A DNA stretch of 64,000 nucleotides from an uncultured virus (IMG/VR IMGVR_UViG_3300027971_000002) (taxonomy: Duplodnaviria; Heunggongvirae; Uroviricota; Caudoviricetes). The stretch lies in the IMG/VR virus record IMGVR_UViG_3300027971_000002. One strand, 5' to 3'. The notes below the pieces were generated by a model. It saw nothing but the letters and a program-made list of their open reading frames with translations. It was not told the DNA's origin and ran no database searches. This document shows, piece after piece, positions 26,356-35,883 of the stretch; the first letter of the stretch is position 1, and every line of letters starts with the position of its first letter. Both the position numbers and the translations under genes were made by a program.

Positions 26356-26699
26356 TACTCAAGCTTACCAATAATTGTTGTTGGGTTCCAACCGCCAGTC
26401 TCTACCTGTACAGCAGCTTGTACGGGTCCTGTTGGCTGAGGACCGCTTACTATGCCTTTACCCATACCTGAGCCGCTTTGCTGAATCGGGTATCCACAAT
26501 CGTAACAACGCGCTCTACCGCCACCAGCAGCAGAATAATTACCGCTTCCACATCCCGGACAGTTGTTAGATGCAACTGGTGGTGTGTACTGAGGCTGCTG
26601 TGGTTGTTGATACGTAGGTTGCGGTAGTTGAGTTGCTTCTGGTCTTGGCGCTGGGGTAGTTCCTAGTTTATTAGCCCACCAATTACTACTCATCTTCAT
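26355..26699 (-). CDS. Pro/Gln-rich Zn-ribbon protein
   Basis: CPGCGS.NY...RCYDCGYP. Confidence 0.75.
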   Translation of the reverse strand: MKMSSNWWANKLGTTPAPRPEATQLPQPTYQQPQQPQYTPPVASNNCPGCGSGNYSAAGGGRARCYDCGYPIQQSGSGMGKGIVSGPQPTGPVQAAVQVETGGWNPTTIIGKLE

Positions 26700-27156
26700 C
26701 CTCCTTGTTTGCTCCGTAAATAGATAAAAAGTTATATGACTTGTTTAAAAACCCTAACTCAAGTGCTGCAGAAAAAGCTGCAACCAAAGCAGCAAATGAA
26801 ACCTGTTGATACAAGCCTTCCATTAAATCAGGTTCGATATCAGAAACGTCATCTGTCTCTATATCTTGTAATTGAATTGTACTTATAGCCTTAGCGTTAA
26901 TTGCGGCAATCATCTTAAAGAAAGGAAGAAGACCCATTATTTCGTCTACGCGAGTCTCGCTTTCACCCATCTCATACTCTTCGCCTTCTTTACTTACAGG
27001 CATTAAATCGAAAGCGCGAAATAAATCATTAGGCTCTTCAATACCTAGGTCATAGCAATACCATCTAATTAAAGTACTGAGCGGAACTGTATTACTGTAC
27101 ACACGAGGCTCGTCGTTTTTTTTCCAAAACTTCCAACTCACTTTGCTTCTCCCCAA
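26686..27156 (-). CDS. hypothetical protein
   Basis: 156 aa ORF. Confidence 0.7.
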   Translation of the reverse strand: MGRSKVSWKFWKKNDEPRVYSNTVPLSTLIRWYCYDLGIEEPNDLFRAFDLMPVSKEGEEYEMGESETRVDEIMGLLPFFKMIAAINAKAISTIQLQDIETDDVSDIEPDLMEGLYQQVSFAALVAAFSAALELGFLNKSYNFLSIYGANKEDEDE

Positions 27157-29117
27157 CGCTGAACTGTTGTGATATCCGCAAGTAACGGGACGTTTAAAAT
27201 ATCTATGCCTTCCATTGCGGTTCTAATAGCGTCCTCGGTTTCTTTAACAAGATGGTCTGGACAAAGCGTAACTAGCTCATCGTGAACGGTCAATATTAGC
27301 TTAGATTCTTCGGGAAGTAGCCCGTGCGCCCGAACCATAGCCAGTTTAATAATATCTGCTGCTGACCCTTGGATTCTAGTGTTAAAAGCTTGACGTTCAG
27401 CTCCAGCTCTAATCATGCGGTCGTTAGAGTTAATCTCAGGAAGGTAACGCTTACGCCCTAAAATGGTATAAACATACGCTGGGTTGCTAGCACGAGTAAC
27501 CGCCAAAACCTTTAATCTGTACTTGTTTACAGCAGAAAAAGTCTTAGAGAAGTCACCAAGCAGGTCCTTAGCCTCTGTTACAGAACAACCAATAGAACGA
27601 GCAATTTTATCTGGACCAACACCATAAGCCATGGAAAGAACAAGAACCTTTCCAGCCTTTCGGTCAACTCCCATGGTGTCTCCAACTGTGGTGTATATGT
27701 CTTTACCTTCTAAATAATTAGCCATCATAATTGGGTCCTCAGACATAGAGGCAATAACTCTAGGCTCAATCTGAGAGTAGTCAGCCACAACTAACTTGTA
27801 ACCCTCTGGCGCATAAAACAAGTTACGAATAGATTTGCCGTGAACCGTGTGAGGAGCAGGTACGTTTTGAAGATTAGGGTTACGGCTTGAGAACCGACCT
27901 GTCTCAGCGCCATGCTGAATAAAATCACAATGAATTCGACCGTTTATAAGAAGGCTGTCTTTATGCTCAACCTTAGACTTTCCGCCAGTAATTCGTGTTA
28001 CGTCTCCACCTAAATAAGGAACTACATATGTAGTAAGCAACTTGTTTAAGTCTGCGTAAATAAGTAAAGCAGTAACCAGCGGGTCTTTATCTCTATAAGG
28101 CTCTAGTGCCTCTGCTGCAACAGAGTAATCTGCGTAAGTTAACTCTTTACCCTCTTTATCCCGCGTATTTCCACGCAAGGTAAGCACCTTGGGAGTTAGG
28201 CCTCTACCGCCTTCTGCCTTAGGTGCATACAATAAATACTGCTTCTCTTGGTTTGAGTTCATATTGAACTGACGCCCAGCGGCAATAAAGACATCTGCTT
28301 TAGCTTTTTCAATATCTTCTACAAGTTTTTCGTGAAGCTCCTCTAAAACAACCATATCAATTGGTGCCCCAGTAAGCTTCATAGAACATAGGACGTTTAA
28401 AACATCCATCTCTAACTTCATTACTTTTTGAAGGTTGCTCTCAATGAGTCGTGGGTTTAAATTCTTCCACAATAAAAACGTGTACTTTGCGTCAAGGTAG
28501 GCATACTTTGCTACGTCAGTAAATGAGTGCTTTTCTACCTCTTTACCTACACCCTTAACCATGTGATAACCAAACTCACGTGCTAAAGAATCTGCTAAGC
28601 CTACTTTATTTTTGTTCTTATTATCTAAAATAAAAGAACCAATCATCGTGTCAAAGTACGGGCCTACTGGGTACTTGTTCCCGTAATACTTTGCTACGGA
28701 AGTTAAATCAAAGAGTAAGTTGTGCCCTACCTTTAAAATATTAGGGTCAAACATAAGTGGCTCTAAAGCCTTAAATACATCAGCAGGAAATAACTGTTGA
28801 GGCGCATCACCAAAAACATAAGTTGCTTTTTTAGCATCTCGAGAGTAGTCACTAGGTCTGGCAGGGAGCCCCTTTTCTACGCGTTTTTCTCCCTGACCAG
28901 TTAGTGGGTAAACCACATCTAGTAACTCTCCGTGAGGATGTCCCATTGGGATAACGTCTGCTCGCCCGTGTGTGGCTAACGTAATCCACAAAACCTCATT
29001 TATTGGAGTATCACCACGACGGTCACCTACAGTTTCAACGTCGTATGCAAAAGCATCAACCTTTGAGTAGTGGTCAACTAGTTCTTGTAGTTGTTTTTGA
29101 GTCGTAATGATATTCAT
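27138..29117 (-). CDS. polA: family A DNA polymerase with 3'-5' exonuclease
   Basis: DVET, HN..FD, YA..DA, TGRFSS.NPNLQN, ADYSQIE.R, R...K......YG, QGSAAD, VHDE. Confidence 0.95.
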   Translation of the reverse strand: MNIITTQKQLQELVDHYSKVDAFAYDVETVGDRRGDTPINEVLWITLATHGRADVIPMGHPHGELLDVVYPLTGQGEKRVEKGLPARPSDYSRDAKKATYVFGDAPQQLFPADVFKALEPLMFDPNILKVGHNLLFDLTSVAKYYGNKYPVGPYFDTMIGSFILDNKNKNKVGLADSLAREFGYHMVKGVGKEVEKHSFTDVAKYAYLDAKYTFLLWKNLNPRLIESNLQKVMKLEMDVLNVLCSMKLTGAPIDMVVLEELHEKLVEDIEKAKADVFIAAGRQFNMNSNQEKQYLLYAPKAEGGRGLTPKVLTLRGNTRDKEGKELTYADYSVAAEALEPYRDKDPLVTALLIYADLNKLLTTYVVPYLGGDVTRITGGKSKVEHKDSLLINGRIHCDFIQHGAETGRFSSRNPNLQNVPAPHTVHGKSIRNLFYAPEGYKLVVADYSQIEPRVIASMSEDPIMMANYLEGKDIYTTVGDTMGVDRKAGKVLVLSMAYGVGPDKIARSIGCSVTEAKDLLGDFSKTFSAVNKYRLKVLAVTRASNPAYVYTILGRKRYLPEINSNDRMIRAGAERQAFNTRIQGSAADIIKLAMVRAHGLLPEESKLILTVHDELVTLCPDHLVKETEDAIRTAMEGIDILNVPLLADITTVQRWGEAK

Positions 29118-29130
29118 GTAAATCCCCTTT

Positions 29131-29191
29131 AAAAAGCCTAAGGACTGGGAACTCCAGAAAGGGGGTAAAAGAAAGCCCCCAGCCCTTAGAC
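29131..29191 (-). terminator. long-stem terminator with an anti-SD-like loop
   Basis: 20-bp stem including G-U pairs, 16-nt loop CTTTTACCCCCTTTCT, then TTTTT on the minus strand. Confidence 0.7.
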
Positions 29192-29202
29192 AGCTAGTTT
29201 GC

Positions 29203-29868
29203 TTAAGCTAACAATGAGTTGGCAATTTCATCCAACTCTGCCCATGAATGAGTTTTGATGTCATCCTTGGTAAAGCACGTCATTTGTGCAATTGCCGCTT
29301 CGGCTGCTGCTTCCTCAATGCCCCAATCCTCTTGGAGGTCACGGCCCTTGATAGCGTTTAGGTGATAAACAGTTTGCTGCATCTTACCTGTGCGAGAAAT
29401 CGCCCAGAAGTTCTTGTTCAAAGGACCCTGCGGTGAGAAGTGTGCAGCATGTAGTGTCTTATAAAGGCGCGGTGTAGCAATCATCATTTGACGCTGTGGA
29501 CCGCCTGGAGCACTAAGGTTAACGACGGTAAACGCACGCTTGTCCTCAGGCTTAGAGTTAAGTTTGGTGCAGAGTGGGTCGTTAGCACCAAGAGAAATGT
29601 ATGAACGACGACCAACAGTTTTCTGCTGTAGGAAGTGTTGCTTGTATGTTGCAAATGGACCGTCTGGGTCAAGGAACTTAATAACTTGGAAGTCTTCGCC
29701 AAGCTTTAGTTCTACTGGGAAATCTCCCATTGAGCTGGTTAGCTTTTCTGCTGCATCCCAACCTGATTGAACTGCTGTTGTTGCTGCACCCATTGGGCGG
29801 TCTTCAATTACGAACGCTTCTGTTTCTGAAACGTATTCGTCTGCGTTTGGAACTCGATTAACTGACAT
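29203..29868 (-). CDS. probable single-stranded DNA-binding protein
   Basis: IKFL....F..Y.QHF and ISRTG....TVY patterns; adjacent to polA. Confidence 0.6.
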   Translation of the reverse strand: MSVNRVPNADEYVSETEAFVIEDRPMGAATTAVQSGWDAAEKLTSSMGDFPVELKLGEDFQVIKFLDPDGPFATYKQHFLQQKTVGRRSYISLGANDPLCTKLNSKPEDKRAFTVVNLSAPGGPQRQMMIATPRLYKTLHAAHFSPQGPLNKNFWAISRTGKMQQTVYHLNAIKGRDLQEDWGIEEAAAEAAIAQMTCFTKDDIKTHSWAELDEIANSLLA

Positions 29869-29883
29869 TTATTTTCCTTTGTT

Positions 29884-30348
29884 TTAGTTGTTTTTTGTTT
29901 CCGTTGCTCGGATGTTATCCCAAGCCTCGGCTATCTCAGTTATGAGGTGCCGGTTAGTAGACCATTCTATACGCTTTGCCGTAAGTACGCCAGCCTTATT
30001 AAACAGTTCTACCGTTACCTCAATCATTGGTCTTGTGTATAGGCGCTTACCTTGTACCTCCTTACCGTTTTTGTCAACTGTTGACGGCAAACGGTAAGGA
30101 GATGTAGGTAGGTAACCCTCGCCCATCCACGCACGTAGTGTAATGATAGGGCGACCTAAAGCATTTGCCAACGCACCGAGAGTAAACATCTCCACGCTAG
30201 TTCCGTTGGGCAGTGTTTTAACGACTGGTTTAGAGTCCCACTCAACTTCTACTTTTTGTGATTTTACATCTTCTCGGCGTTTGCGCTTACTGCCTGGATA
30301 AAAGTTATCCAAGTCAGCAAAAGTAGATTCAATAAAGTCTTCGGCCAT
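29884..30348 (-). CDS. MerR-like HTH DNA-binding protein
   Basis: FTLGALA.ALGR...TLR.W...G.LP...R.....RLYT. Confidence 0.75.
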   Translation of the reverse strand: MAEDFIESTFADLDNFYPGSKRKRREDVKSQKVEVEWDSKPVVKTLPNGTSVEMFTLGALANALGRPIITLRAWMGEGYLPTSPYRLPSTVDKNGKEVQGKRLYTRPMIEVTVELFNKAGVLTAKRIEWSTNRHLITEIAEAWDNIRATETKNN

Positions 30349-30349
30349 A

Positions 30350-30760
30350 TTAAACTATAAAAGCGTAACTAACCTTAGATGGGAACATAGCGTCAATATC
30401 ATCTTCTGTTAGTTCACCGCGGTAAAACGAAGCCATAATCTCTGCTTCATCTAACGTAGGAACCATCTTGATACAACGCTCTGTTAAACCTTTTTCTTGA
30501 ATAATTTTTTCTGCTATATCCATGTCAAGGTTTTTACTAACTTTTCGTTGATGAGTAATTTTATCAACACCCGTGACTTTGTCGTCTACCTCAAGGACAA
30601 TGTGACCTTTTGAGTCAACCTCGCCGTATTCTTTAAGTAGGTCAACAAGACGAGTTTTGATATCTTTTTGACGGTTTGTAAGGAGATTAATTTCATCCTT
30701 AAGCGACACGTACTGTTGGACGTTACGTGTTAAATCTTCTTTGTTTATAGACATATCCAA
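30350..30760 (-). CDS. hypothetical coiled-coil protein
   Basis: 136 aa ORF, RBS GAAAGGGG. Confidence 0.75.
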   Translation of the reverse strand: MDMSINKEDLTRNVQQYVSLKDEINLLTNRQKDIKTRLVDLLKEYGEVDSKGHIVLEVDDKVTGVDKITHQRKVSKNLDMDIAEKIIQEKGLTERCIKMVPTLDEAEIMASFYRGELTEDDIDAMFPSKVSYAFIV

Positions 30761-30775
30761 CCCCTTTCGAGGTCA

Positions 30776-30805
30776 AAGATAGTCGAAGATTTATTTAGCT
30801 GTCAA
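30776..30805 (-). promoter_or_regulatory. sigma-A-type promoter
   Basis: TTGACA-N18-TATCTT on the minus strand just upstream of the 30760 gene. Confidence 0.55.
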
Positions 30806-30947
30806 GCGGGGTTAGGTAATCCTCAAGAGCTTTAATTATGATGCTGGTCACAGTGACTTTCTCAAGGGCAGCCTTTTTCTGAACCGCAGTCCAGAGGTCA
30901 TCTGGGACGCGGATAGTACGCGTAGGGGTCTTAGGTGCGTTAGGCAT
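30795..30947 (-). CDS. ribbon-helix-helix DNA-binding protein (50 aa)
   Basis: Manual translation MPNAPKTPTRTIRVPDDLWTAVQKKA...VTSIIIKALEDYL. Confidence 0.8.
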   Translation of the reverse strand: MPNAPKTPTRTIRVPDDLWTAVQKKAALEKVTVTSIIIKALEDYLTPLDS

Positions 30948-30954
30948 TTGAAAA

Positions 30955-32544
30955 TTATACCGAAGATAGTCGAAGGAACCCGCTTAAACTGCCAACGCTC
31001 ATATCTACCCCACCGTCTTCATTTATGCCTTTTCCGTCAATAACGGCGCTGGCTACGGCGTTTTTATGCTGCAACATCTCATGCTGCCTAACCTCAATAG
31101 AACCAGCCACTAAAAGGTCTTGTACAACAATGGTCGCCCATTTTGATGAGGCTCTCATAATACGCCCGTTTCGTTGAGTTGCAGAACCTGCAGACCAAGG
31201 TAAATCATAATTGATAAGGAGATTGGCAGCGGGCAAGTCAACACCGTAACCACCAGCGTCAGAAGATATAAAGACGCGAATGTCAGGTAACGTGTTAAAG
31301 GCAATTTTGTTCTCCTCTTTAGTTTTAGCATCAATACGTCCTGAATAAGTAACGCATATATCTGGTCCTAAGGCGGTAGAAATCTTTTCAAGCATATCTA
31401 CGTAAGTAGCAAATATAACTACTTTGTTTTCTTCGTTTTCATCAAGAAAATCTTTAACATAGTTAATTAGCAGGTCAAACTTTTGACTGTTGGTTACTCC
31501 GTCTAAGGCGCCATCTTTGACTATTTCGTAAGCGTATTTTGACCCTGTGCCTGTCATCATGTCGTAATTAGACGCACTGGTGCGAATAAGGTCTGGGTGA
31601 GAGCACAACATTTTTAAACACCCTACTTTGGCCATAATCTTTCCTCTAAGCTCATCCATCTCTCCGCCACGTTGAGACTCAAGCCCGTAGTGAGCAAAAA
31701 TATTAAAGTTAGAGCCAAATAGGTTTTGAGCTTCATCTAAATCGTCTAACAAGTCTTGCAAAATTTTGTTGTATAACTTAGCTGAACTTCTATCTAAAGT
31801 AATAGTAATTGGTTCTTTGTGGATAGCATCTGGCAGATGAGGAGCAACGTCTGGGTCTTTTTGTGACTTACGTACGCAGGCCTCTTTTAGTTTCTCGTGC
31901 AAGGTAGGCAGATTGCGGTATCGGTCTACCCCACCCCAGTTGTTGCGGACAATAAAAGCTTTATCAAATATATCAAAACGCCCAAGCAACTGGTCGTCTA
32001 CAAACTGCATAATGCTAAACAACTCTTCTGGCTTTCCGTTTTCAATCGGGGTTCCGGTAAGAGCAAACTTAAACGGAGCATTAGATAAACGCTTTGTGTG
32101 TTTAGACCGTTTAGACTTAAAAGATTTAATTGCAGTTGCTTCGTCAAGAACAACAAAACCTCTAGGTAATTTTTTAACTAAATCCCAGTCGTTAACAACC
32201 TGTTCATAGTTCATAATGATGTAGTCAACCCCTGAGTTAACCCAGTCCATAGCCTCTTCGTATTGCTTCTCACGCTTTGCTTTAATCCCGTCAATAACTA
32301 AAGACTTTGAGGTGCCCTCTGTAAACTTTTCAATCTGGTTCTGCCATTGGTATTTAATACTGCTTAGGCATACAACAAGGCCTGGTTCTTTAATCTTGTT
32401 TTTATCCATCAACCGCTCAATAGCAGCAATAGTAAGCACGGTCTTACCTAGACCTAAGTCATAGGCCACCAAAACCTTTTGACGTTTACACATAAGGTTA
32501 ACGGCATCAGGTTGATACGGAAGAAGCTTACCTTTAAAGGTCAT
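30955..32544 (-). CDS. SNF2-family helicase
   Basis: LLPYQ, DLGLGKT, LDEA, LTGTPIEN, G.G..L, Q..GRI.R. Confidence 0.9.
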   Translation of the reverse strand: MTFKGKLLPYQPDAVNLMCKRQKVLVAYDLGLGKTVLTIAAIERLMDKNKIKEPGLVVCLSSIKYQWQNQIEKFTEGTSKSLVIDGIKAKREKQYEEAMDWVNSGVDYIIMNYEQVVNDWDLVKKLPRGFVVLDEATAIKSFKSKRSKHTKRLSNAPFKFALTGTPIENGKPEELFSIMQFVDDQLLGRFDIFDKAFIVRNNWGGVDRYRNLPTLHEKLKEACVRKSQKDPDVAPHLPDAIHKEPITITLDRSSAKLYNKILQDLLDDLDEAQNLFGSNFNIFAHYGLESQRGGEMDELRGKIMAKVGCLKMLCSHPDLIRTSASNYDMMTGTGSKYAYEIVKDGALDGVTNSQKFDLLINYVKDFLDENEENKVVIFATYVDMLEKISTALGPDICVTYSGRIDAKTKEENKIAFNTLPDIRVFISSDAGGYGVDLPAANLLINYDLPWSAGSATQRNGRIMRASSKWATIVVQDLLVAGSIEVRQHEMLQHKNAVASAVIDGKGINEDGGVDMSVGSLSGFLRLSSV

Positions 32545-33074
32545 CTATACCCTTGCATTCTTGTGCTAATTAAAAGTTTAAGGTCATTAATAGTTCCACT
32601 ATTAACAAAAATTTGGTCAACTTTTTCTCCGTCCATAGCAGACTCGGATACATGAGCATTTACTGCGTTAATACCAATACGTTTAATACGCCATATTTGA
32701 GCGCCCTCATTTAAACGAATAGCCTCAGCTTCGTTTGGAAATCTAACATCAGTAATAACATAATTATCAGAAGCGTCTACATCTTTAAGCGCTTGCTGTA
32801 CCCAAAACATATCGCCAAAAAGTTTTCTAGCGCCAAGACCTAAGTCTTGAAGAAGGCGCCTAGCCTCAGGGTAATCTACTTTTACTTTATCCCACCCGTA
32901 CACATCAACCAGCCCTTGAACGCGGTAACCTTCTTTTAACATTGGGTTAGTCTCATATAACAAGGTACGTATGGGGTCGGCAAAAGCAATCCGTTGGTAA
33001 CCGTACTTTTCTACAAGTATGTTTGCAACGGTATCTTTACCTGACTGGGCGTAGCCAGTTAAGCCAATAATCAA
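32541..33074 (-). CDS. deoxynucleoside monophosphate kinase
   Basis: IIGLTGYAQSGKDT, FADP, R.LLQ.LG, ITDVRFPNE, H.SE. Confidence 0.9.
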   Translation of the reverse strand: MIIGLTGYAQSGKDTVANILVEKYGYQRIAFADPIRTLLYETNPMLKEGYRVQGLVDVYGWDKVKVDYPEARRLLQDLGLGARKLFGDMFWVQQALKDVDASDNYVITDVRFPNEAEAIRLNEGAQIWRIKRIGINAVNAHVSESAMDGEKVDQIFVNSGTINDLKLLISTRMQGYR

Positions 33075-33208
33075 AACTCAATCCCAACCCAAAAAAACAC
33101 AAGGTCTATATCCATGTGGTATTTGTCAATATTAAACCCAATACCAAACCGCTTAAATGAGTACCCGAAGCTAAGCCAAAACTTTCCAACGTTAATTTCT
33201 TTATGCAT
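33071..33208 (-). CDS. aromatic-rich microprotein (45 aa)
   Basis: Manual translation MHKEINVGKFWLSFGYSF...WVGIEF; overlaps both neighbours. Confidence 0.55.
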   Translation of the reverse strand: MHKEINVGKFWLSFGYSFKRFGIGFNIDKYHMDIDLVFFWVGIEF

Positions 33209-34130
33209 ATCCCAAAGCCTTCTCTCCGTGTAGTGAGTGACGAGCAGTTTCTATTCCTAAAAATATCTCATCTTTACTCATACCGCCAATGTCTTTGACA
33301 TCTACGTGGTCATAGTTAAAAAATCTAGCTTCAAAGCCAAGGCGCAAACTCCAGCCTAAGAGAGCCTTAGACGACTCCCTACCAGCCTTGTCGTTGTCCA
33401 TAGCGAATATGACGCTCTCAGCCCCTCTAATGAGGTTTACCTGACTCTTGGACACTGCTGACCCGTAGGTAGAAACGCCCCCCATAAGCCCTACGGAGGC
33501 CATACGGGCCACGTCCAGCGGAGATTCGACCACTACCATGGGACCAATGGTGTATTGCCCGTATCCAAATAGGGTGAGGCTTTTATTAACCCCTGTCGGA
33601 TAGTTCCGAAAGTACCTATTTGCCCCTTTTTCTTGCCAACCCCAAAGCTTTTGATTTACAGGGTTTCGGATAGGGGTAATCCAACAAGCCTTGCTTGCGT
33701 CCCACAAAATGCCATAATAACGTGCCGCGTTACTAGTTAGTCCACGAAAGCGCAAAGCCTCTTCTGGTGGCTCAACAAAAGCAGCAAGGTTGGCTTCTGA
33801 TATATCGCTAACCTCTTCAAAAATTGTTTTTTTCTTTACGGCTCTATCTAAAGCCTTACCCAAGTCAACTCCAGTATCAATCCACGCCTTGGCCGATTCG
33901 TAATCAATTCCTTGTACGTACTCAATTAAGGAAGTAACGCTCCCCTTAAACCCGCAAGAAAAACAAATGTGTGCGCCAGTATCAGAGTTAATCCACCAAG
34001 AAGGGTTGTGGTCTTCGTTACCTGTGCGCTTTAGGTGCGCTGGACAATGCCCGTTAATCTCAGAGCCACGAATGTTGTAGTACTCAATGCCCAACCGGTC
34101 AAGCAGGTCTTCCATATCTTCAACGGTCAT
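33201..34130 (-). CDS. DNA primase (Zn-finger plus TOPRIM)
   Basis: CP.H...D..PS...CFSCG; VVES.LD; DNDKAG; KD. Confidence 0.9.
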   Translation of the reverse strand: MTVEDMEDLLDRLGIEYYNIRGSEINGHCPAHLKRTGNEDHNPSWWINSDTGAHICFSCGFKGSVTSLIEYVQGIDYESAKAWIDTGVDLGKALDRAVKKKTIFEEVSDISEANLAAFVEPPEEALRFRGLTSNAARYYGILWDASKACWITPIRNPVNQKLWGWQEKGANRYFRNYPTGVNKSLTLFGYGQYTIGPMVVVESPLDVARMASVGLMGGVSTYGSAVSKSQVNLIRGAESVIFAMDNDKAGRESSKALLGWSLRLGFEARFFNYDHVDVKDIGGMSKDEIFLGIETARHSLHGEKALGYA

Positions 34131-34251
34131 AGTCCACCTTCTTGTGCTTAACCTTGCGTGTGTAAGCCTTTTTGCTTTTCATAGGCTGAGCAGCATTTGA
34201 ACGGCGAAGTTCAAGTACGCGTTTAATACGAGCTAAGTTTGGAAATTTCAT
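34120..34251 (-). CDS. basic microprotein with an ArfA-like tail (43 aa)
   Basis: MKFPNLARIKRVLELRRSNAAQPMKSKKAYTRKVKHKKVDYDR; ATGA-coupled to dnaB. Confidence 0.65.
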   Translation of the reverse strand: MKFPNLARIKRVLELRRSNAAQPMKSKKAYTRKVKHKKVDYDR

Positions 34252-35480
34252 AGGTCGGTAGCATCCATTTCACGGAATCGTCCCTCCGACCACTGCCACT
34301 CAAGAGTTACTTCGGCAGGTCCAGAGTTACGGCTTGCTACAACCTTTAACAAACGTGTGTCTTCAACAGCCTCATCTTCACGCTGTAGGCCCAAAATAAT
34401 GTCGGCGTCTTGGAAAAAAGAGGATGAGTAACCGATTGAATCTGCAGTCACATTACCTTTCTTCATCTTCCAAGTAAGAACCTGAGTAGAGATAACAATA
34501 GGCTTGTTAAACCGCTGAGCCAACTTCTTTAGCCCACGAGTGATGTTAGTCAAAGCCTGTGGAGTATTAGCCTCACCAGACTGCTCGTCAATCATAAGGT
34601 AAACACCGTCAATAAAAACAATGTCTGGTTGCAGTGTTTGAATCTTTGCCGCAATACCGGAAACGGTTGAACCAGCTGCAGAGTCCACTAGCCAAAACTT
34701 ATGGTCAACGTTCTCAAGGTTTTCCAAAATCTTTTTGTATCGAGACTCTTCTTCTGAAGTCAACGTTCCAGTCATCAAACGTTGGTGAGAAATGAGGGCA
34801 CGCATTGAGTCATAGCGAGTCTCTTGCTCCATGTTGCTCATCTCAAACGACTGGAACATAGGAACTTTTTTCTGCTCTCGGTGGATGTTCAAAGCAATCT
34901 GCAAAGCAAGAGTTGACTTACCAGTCTTTGGTGGAGCAATTACAACAATCAACTGACCATTTTGTAACCCACTAGTTGCTCTATCAATAGTAGGAAACCC
35001 AGTTGGGTATCCGCGTAAACCGTTAGGCAAGTTTTTACGCTCTTGGTAATCTTCCCAACGACGCATAGGTTCGTTAGTTAAATCAAGGTCGCTAGTTCCG
35101 CTTAGACCATCATCATCAATTTTTATAAGCCCGCGTTGTAATCGTAGTAACGCTTCTTCATGGTCCGAACGCTTATCAATAGATTCAATAGCGTCACGAA
35201 GCATATTTACAGTTGCGAACTTACGTCGTGCTTCAACAACTGCATCTAGTAAATAATCAAGGCTGTCTTCTGACTGAGCAAATTCATAAGTTGGGTAGTT
35301 GTCCTTAAGAATCTCAAGGCTTGGGCACTCACCGTACTTTGAGAAGTGGTCACGGACTTTAGTCCAAACGCGCTTGTCGTCTTCGTCTGCAAACCAATTA
35401 GCGTTTACATTACGCATAAACAAAGGAGTTAAGTTCTTTTCAAGAACCGCTTTACTAAGAAGCTTCTTTTCATTGTTCAT
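34248..35480 (-). CDS. dnaB: DnaB-like replicative helicase
   Basis: PTGF..ID, APPKTGKS, SFEM, FIDG.YL, I.YS....QDAD, SRN. Confidence 0.9.
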   Translation of the reverse strand: MNNEKKLLSKAVLEKNLTPLFMRNVNANWFADEDDKRVWTKVRDHFSKYGECPSLEILKDNYPTYEFAQSEDSLDYLLDAVVEARRKFATVNMLRDAIESIDKRSDHEEALLRLQRGLIKIDDDGLSGTSDLDLTNEPMRRWEDYQERKNLPNGLRGYPTGFPTIDRATSGLQNGQLIVVIAPPKTGKSTLALQIALNIHREQKKVPMFQSFEMSNMEQETRYDSMRALISHQRLMTGTLTSEEESRYKKILENLENVDHKFWLVDSAAGSTVSGIAAKIQTLQPDIVFIDGVYLMIDEQSGEANTPQALTNITRGLKKLAQRFNKPIVISTQVLTWKMKKGNVTADSIGYSSSFFQDADIILGLQREDEAVEDTRLLKVVASRNSGPAEVTLEWQWSEGRFREMDATDL

Positions 35481-35881
35481 TGAAGTAAGTCCATTCCCCA
35501 GCTTCCGTAGCGCAATAATCTATCAGGCCTATCCATAACACCAACAACATCTGGTCTGTATGGTAACTCTGCTATTAAGTGGTCGATAGAAGAGTAGACC
35601 GTAGCATAGCGAAAGGGGTTAGTGCCAATTTTTTCAAGGTGCTCAATTAAGTTGTTTAATTCATCCTCGGTCATATCAAAGGACACAAGCTCGTAAGTGT
35701 ATTCGCTTCTCGTAGCCCATAAATAAATACGACTTAATATTTGAGAATTAAAAGTATATTTTTTTTCAATCTTAGGGATTATTTTAAAAACTTTTTTGAC
35801 AGAGGTTTCCCAATTAAGTATACCGTCTGTTGTAACAAGCACCCGCCTAGTAAATGCGTTGCTTATATCCCCCTTGTACAT
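35477..35881 (-). CDS. hypothetical protein, possible HAD-like fold
   Basis: VLVTTDGI N-terminal strand. Confidence 0.5.
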   Translation of the reverse strand: MYKGDISNAFTRRVLVTTDGILNWETSVKKVFKIIPKIEKKYTFNSQILSRIYLWATRSEYTYELVSFDMTEDELNNLIEHLEKIGTNPFRYATVYSSIDHLIAELPYRPDVVGVMDRPDRLLRYGSWGMDLLQ

Positions 35882-35883
35882 GT

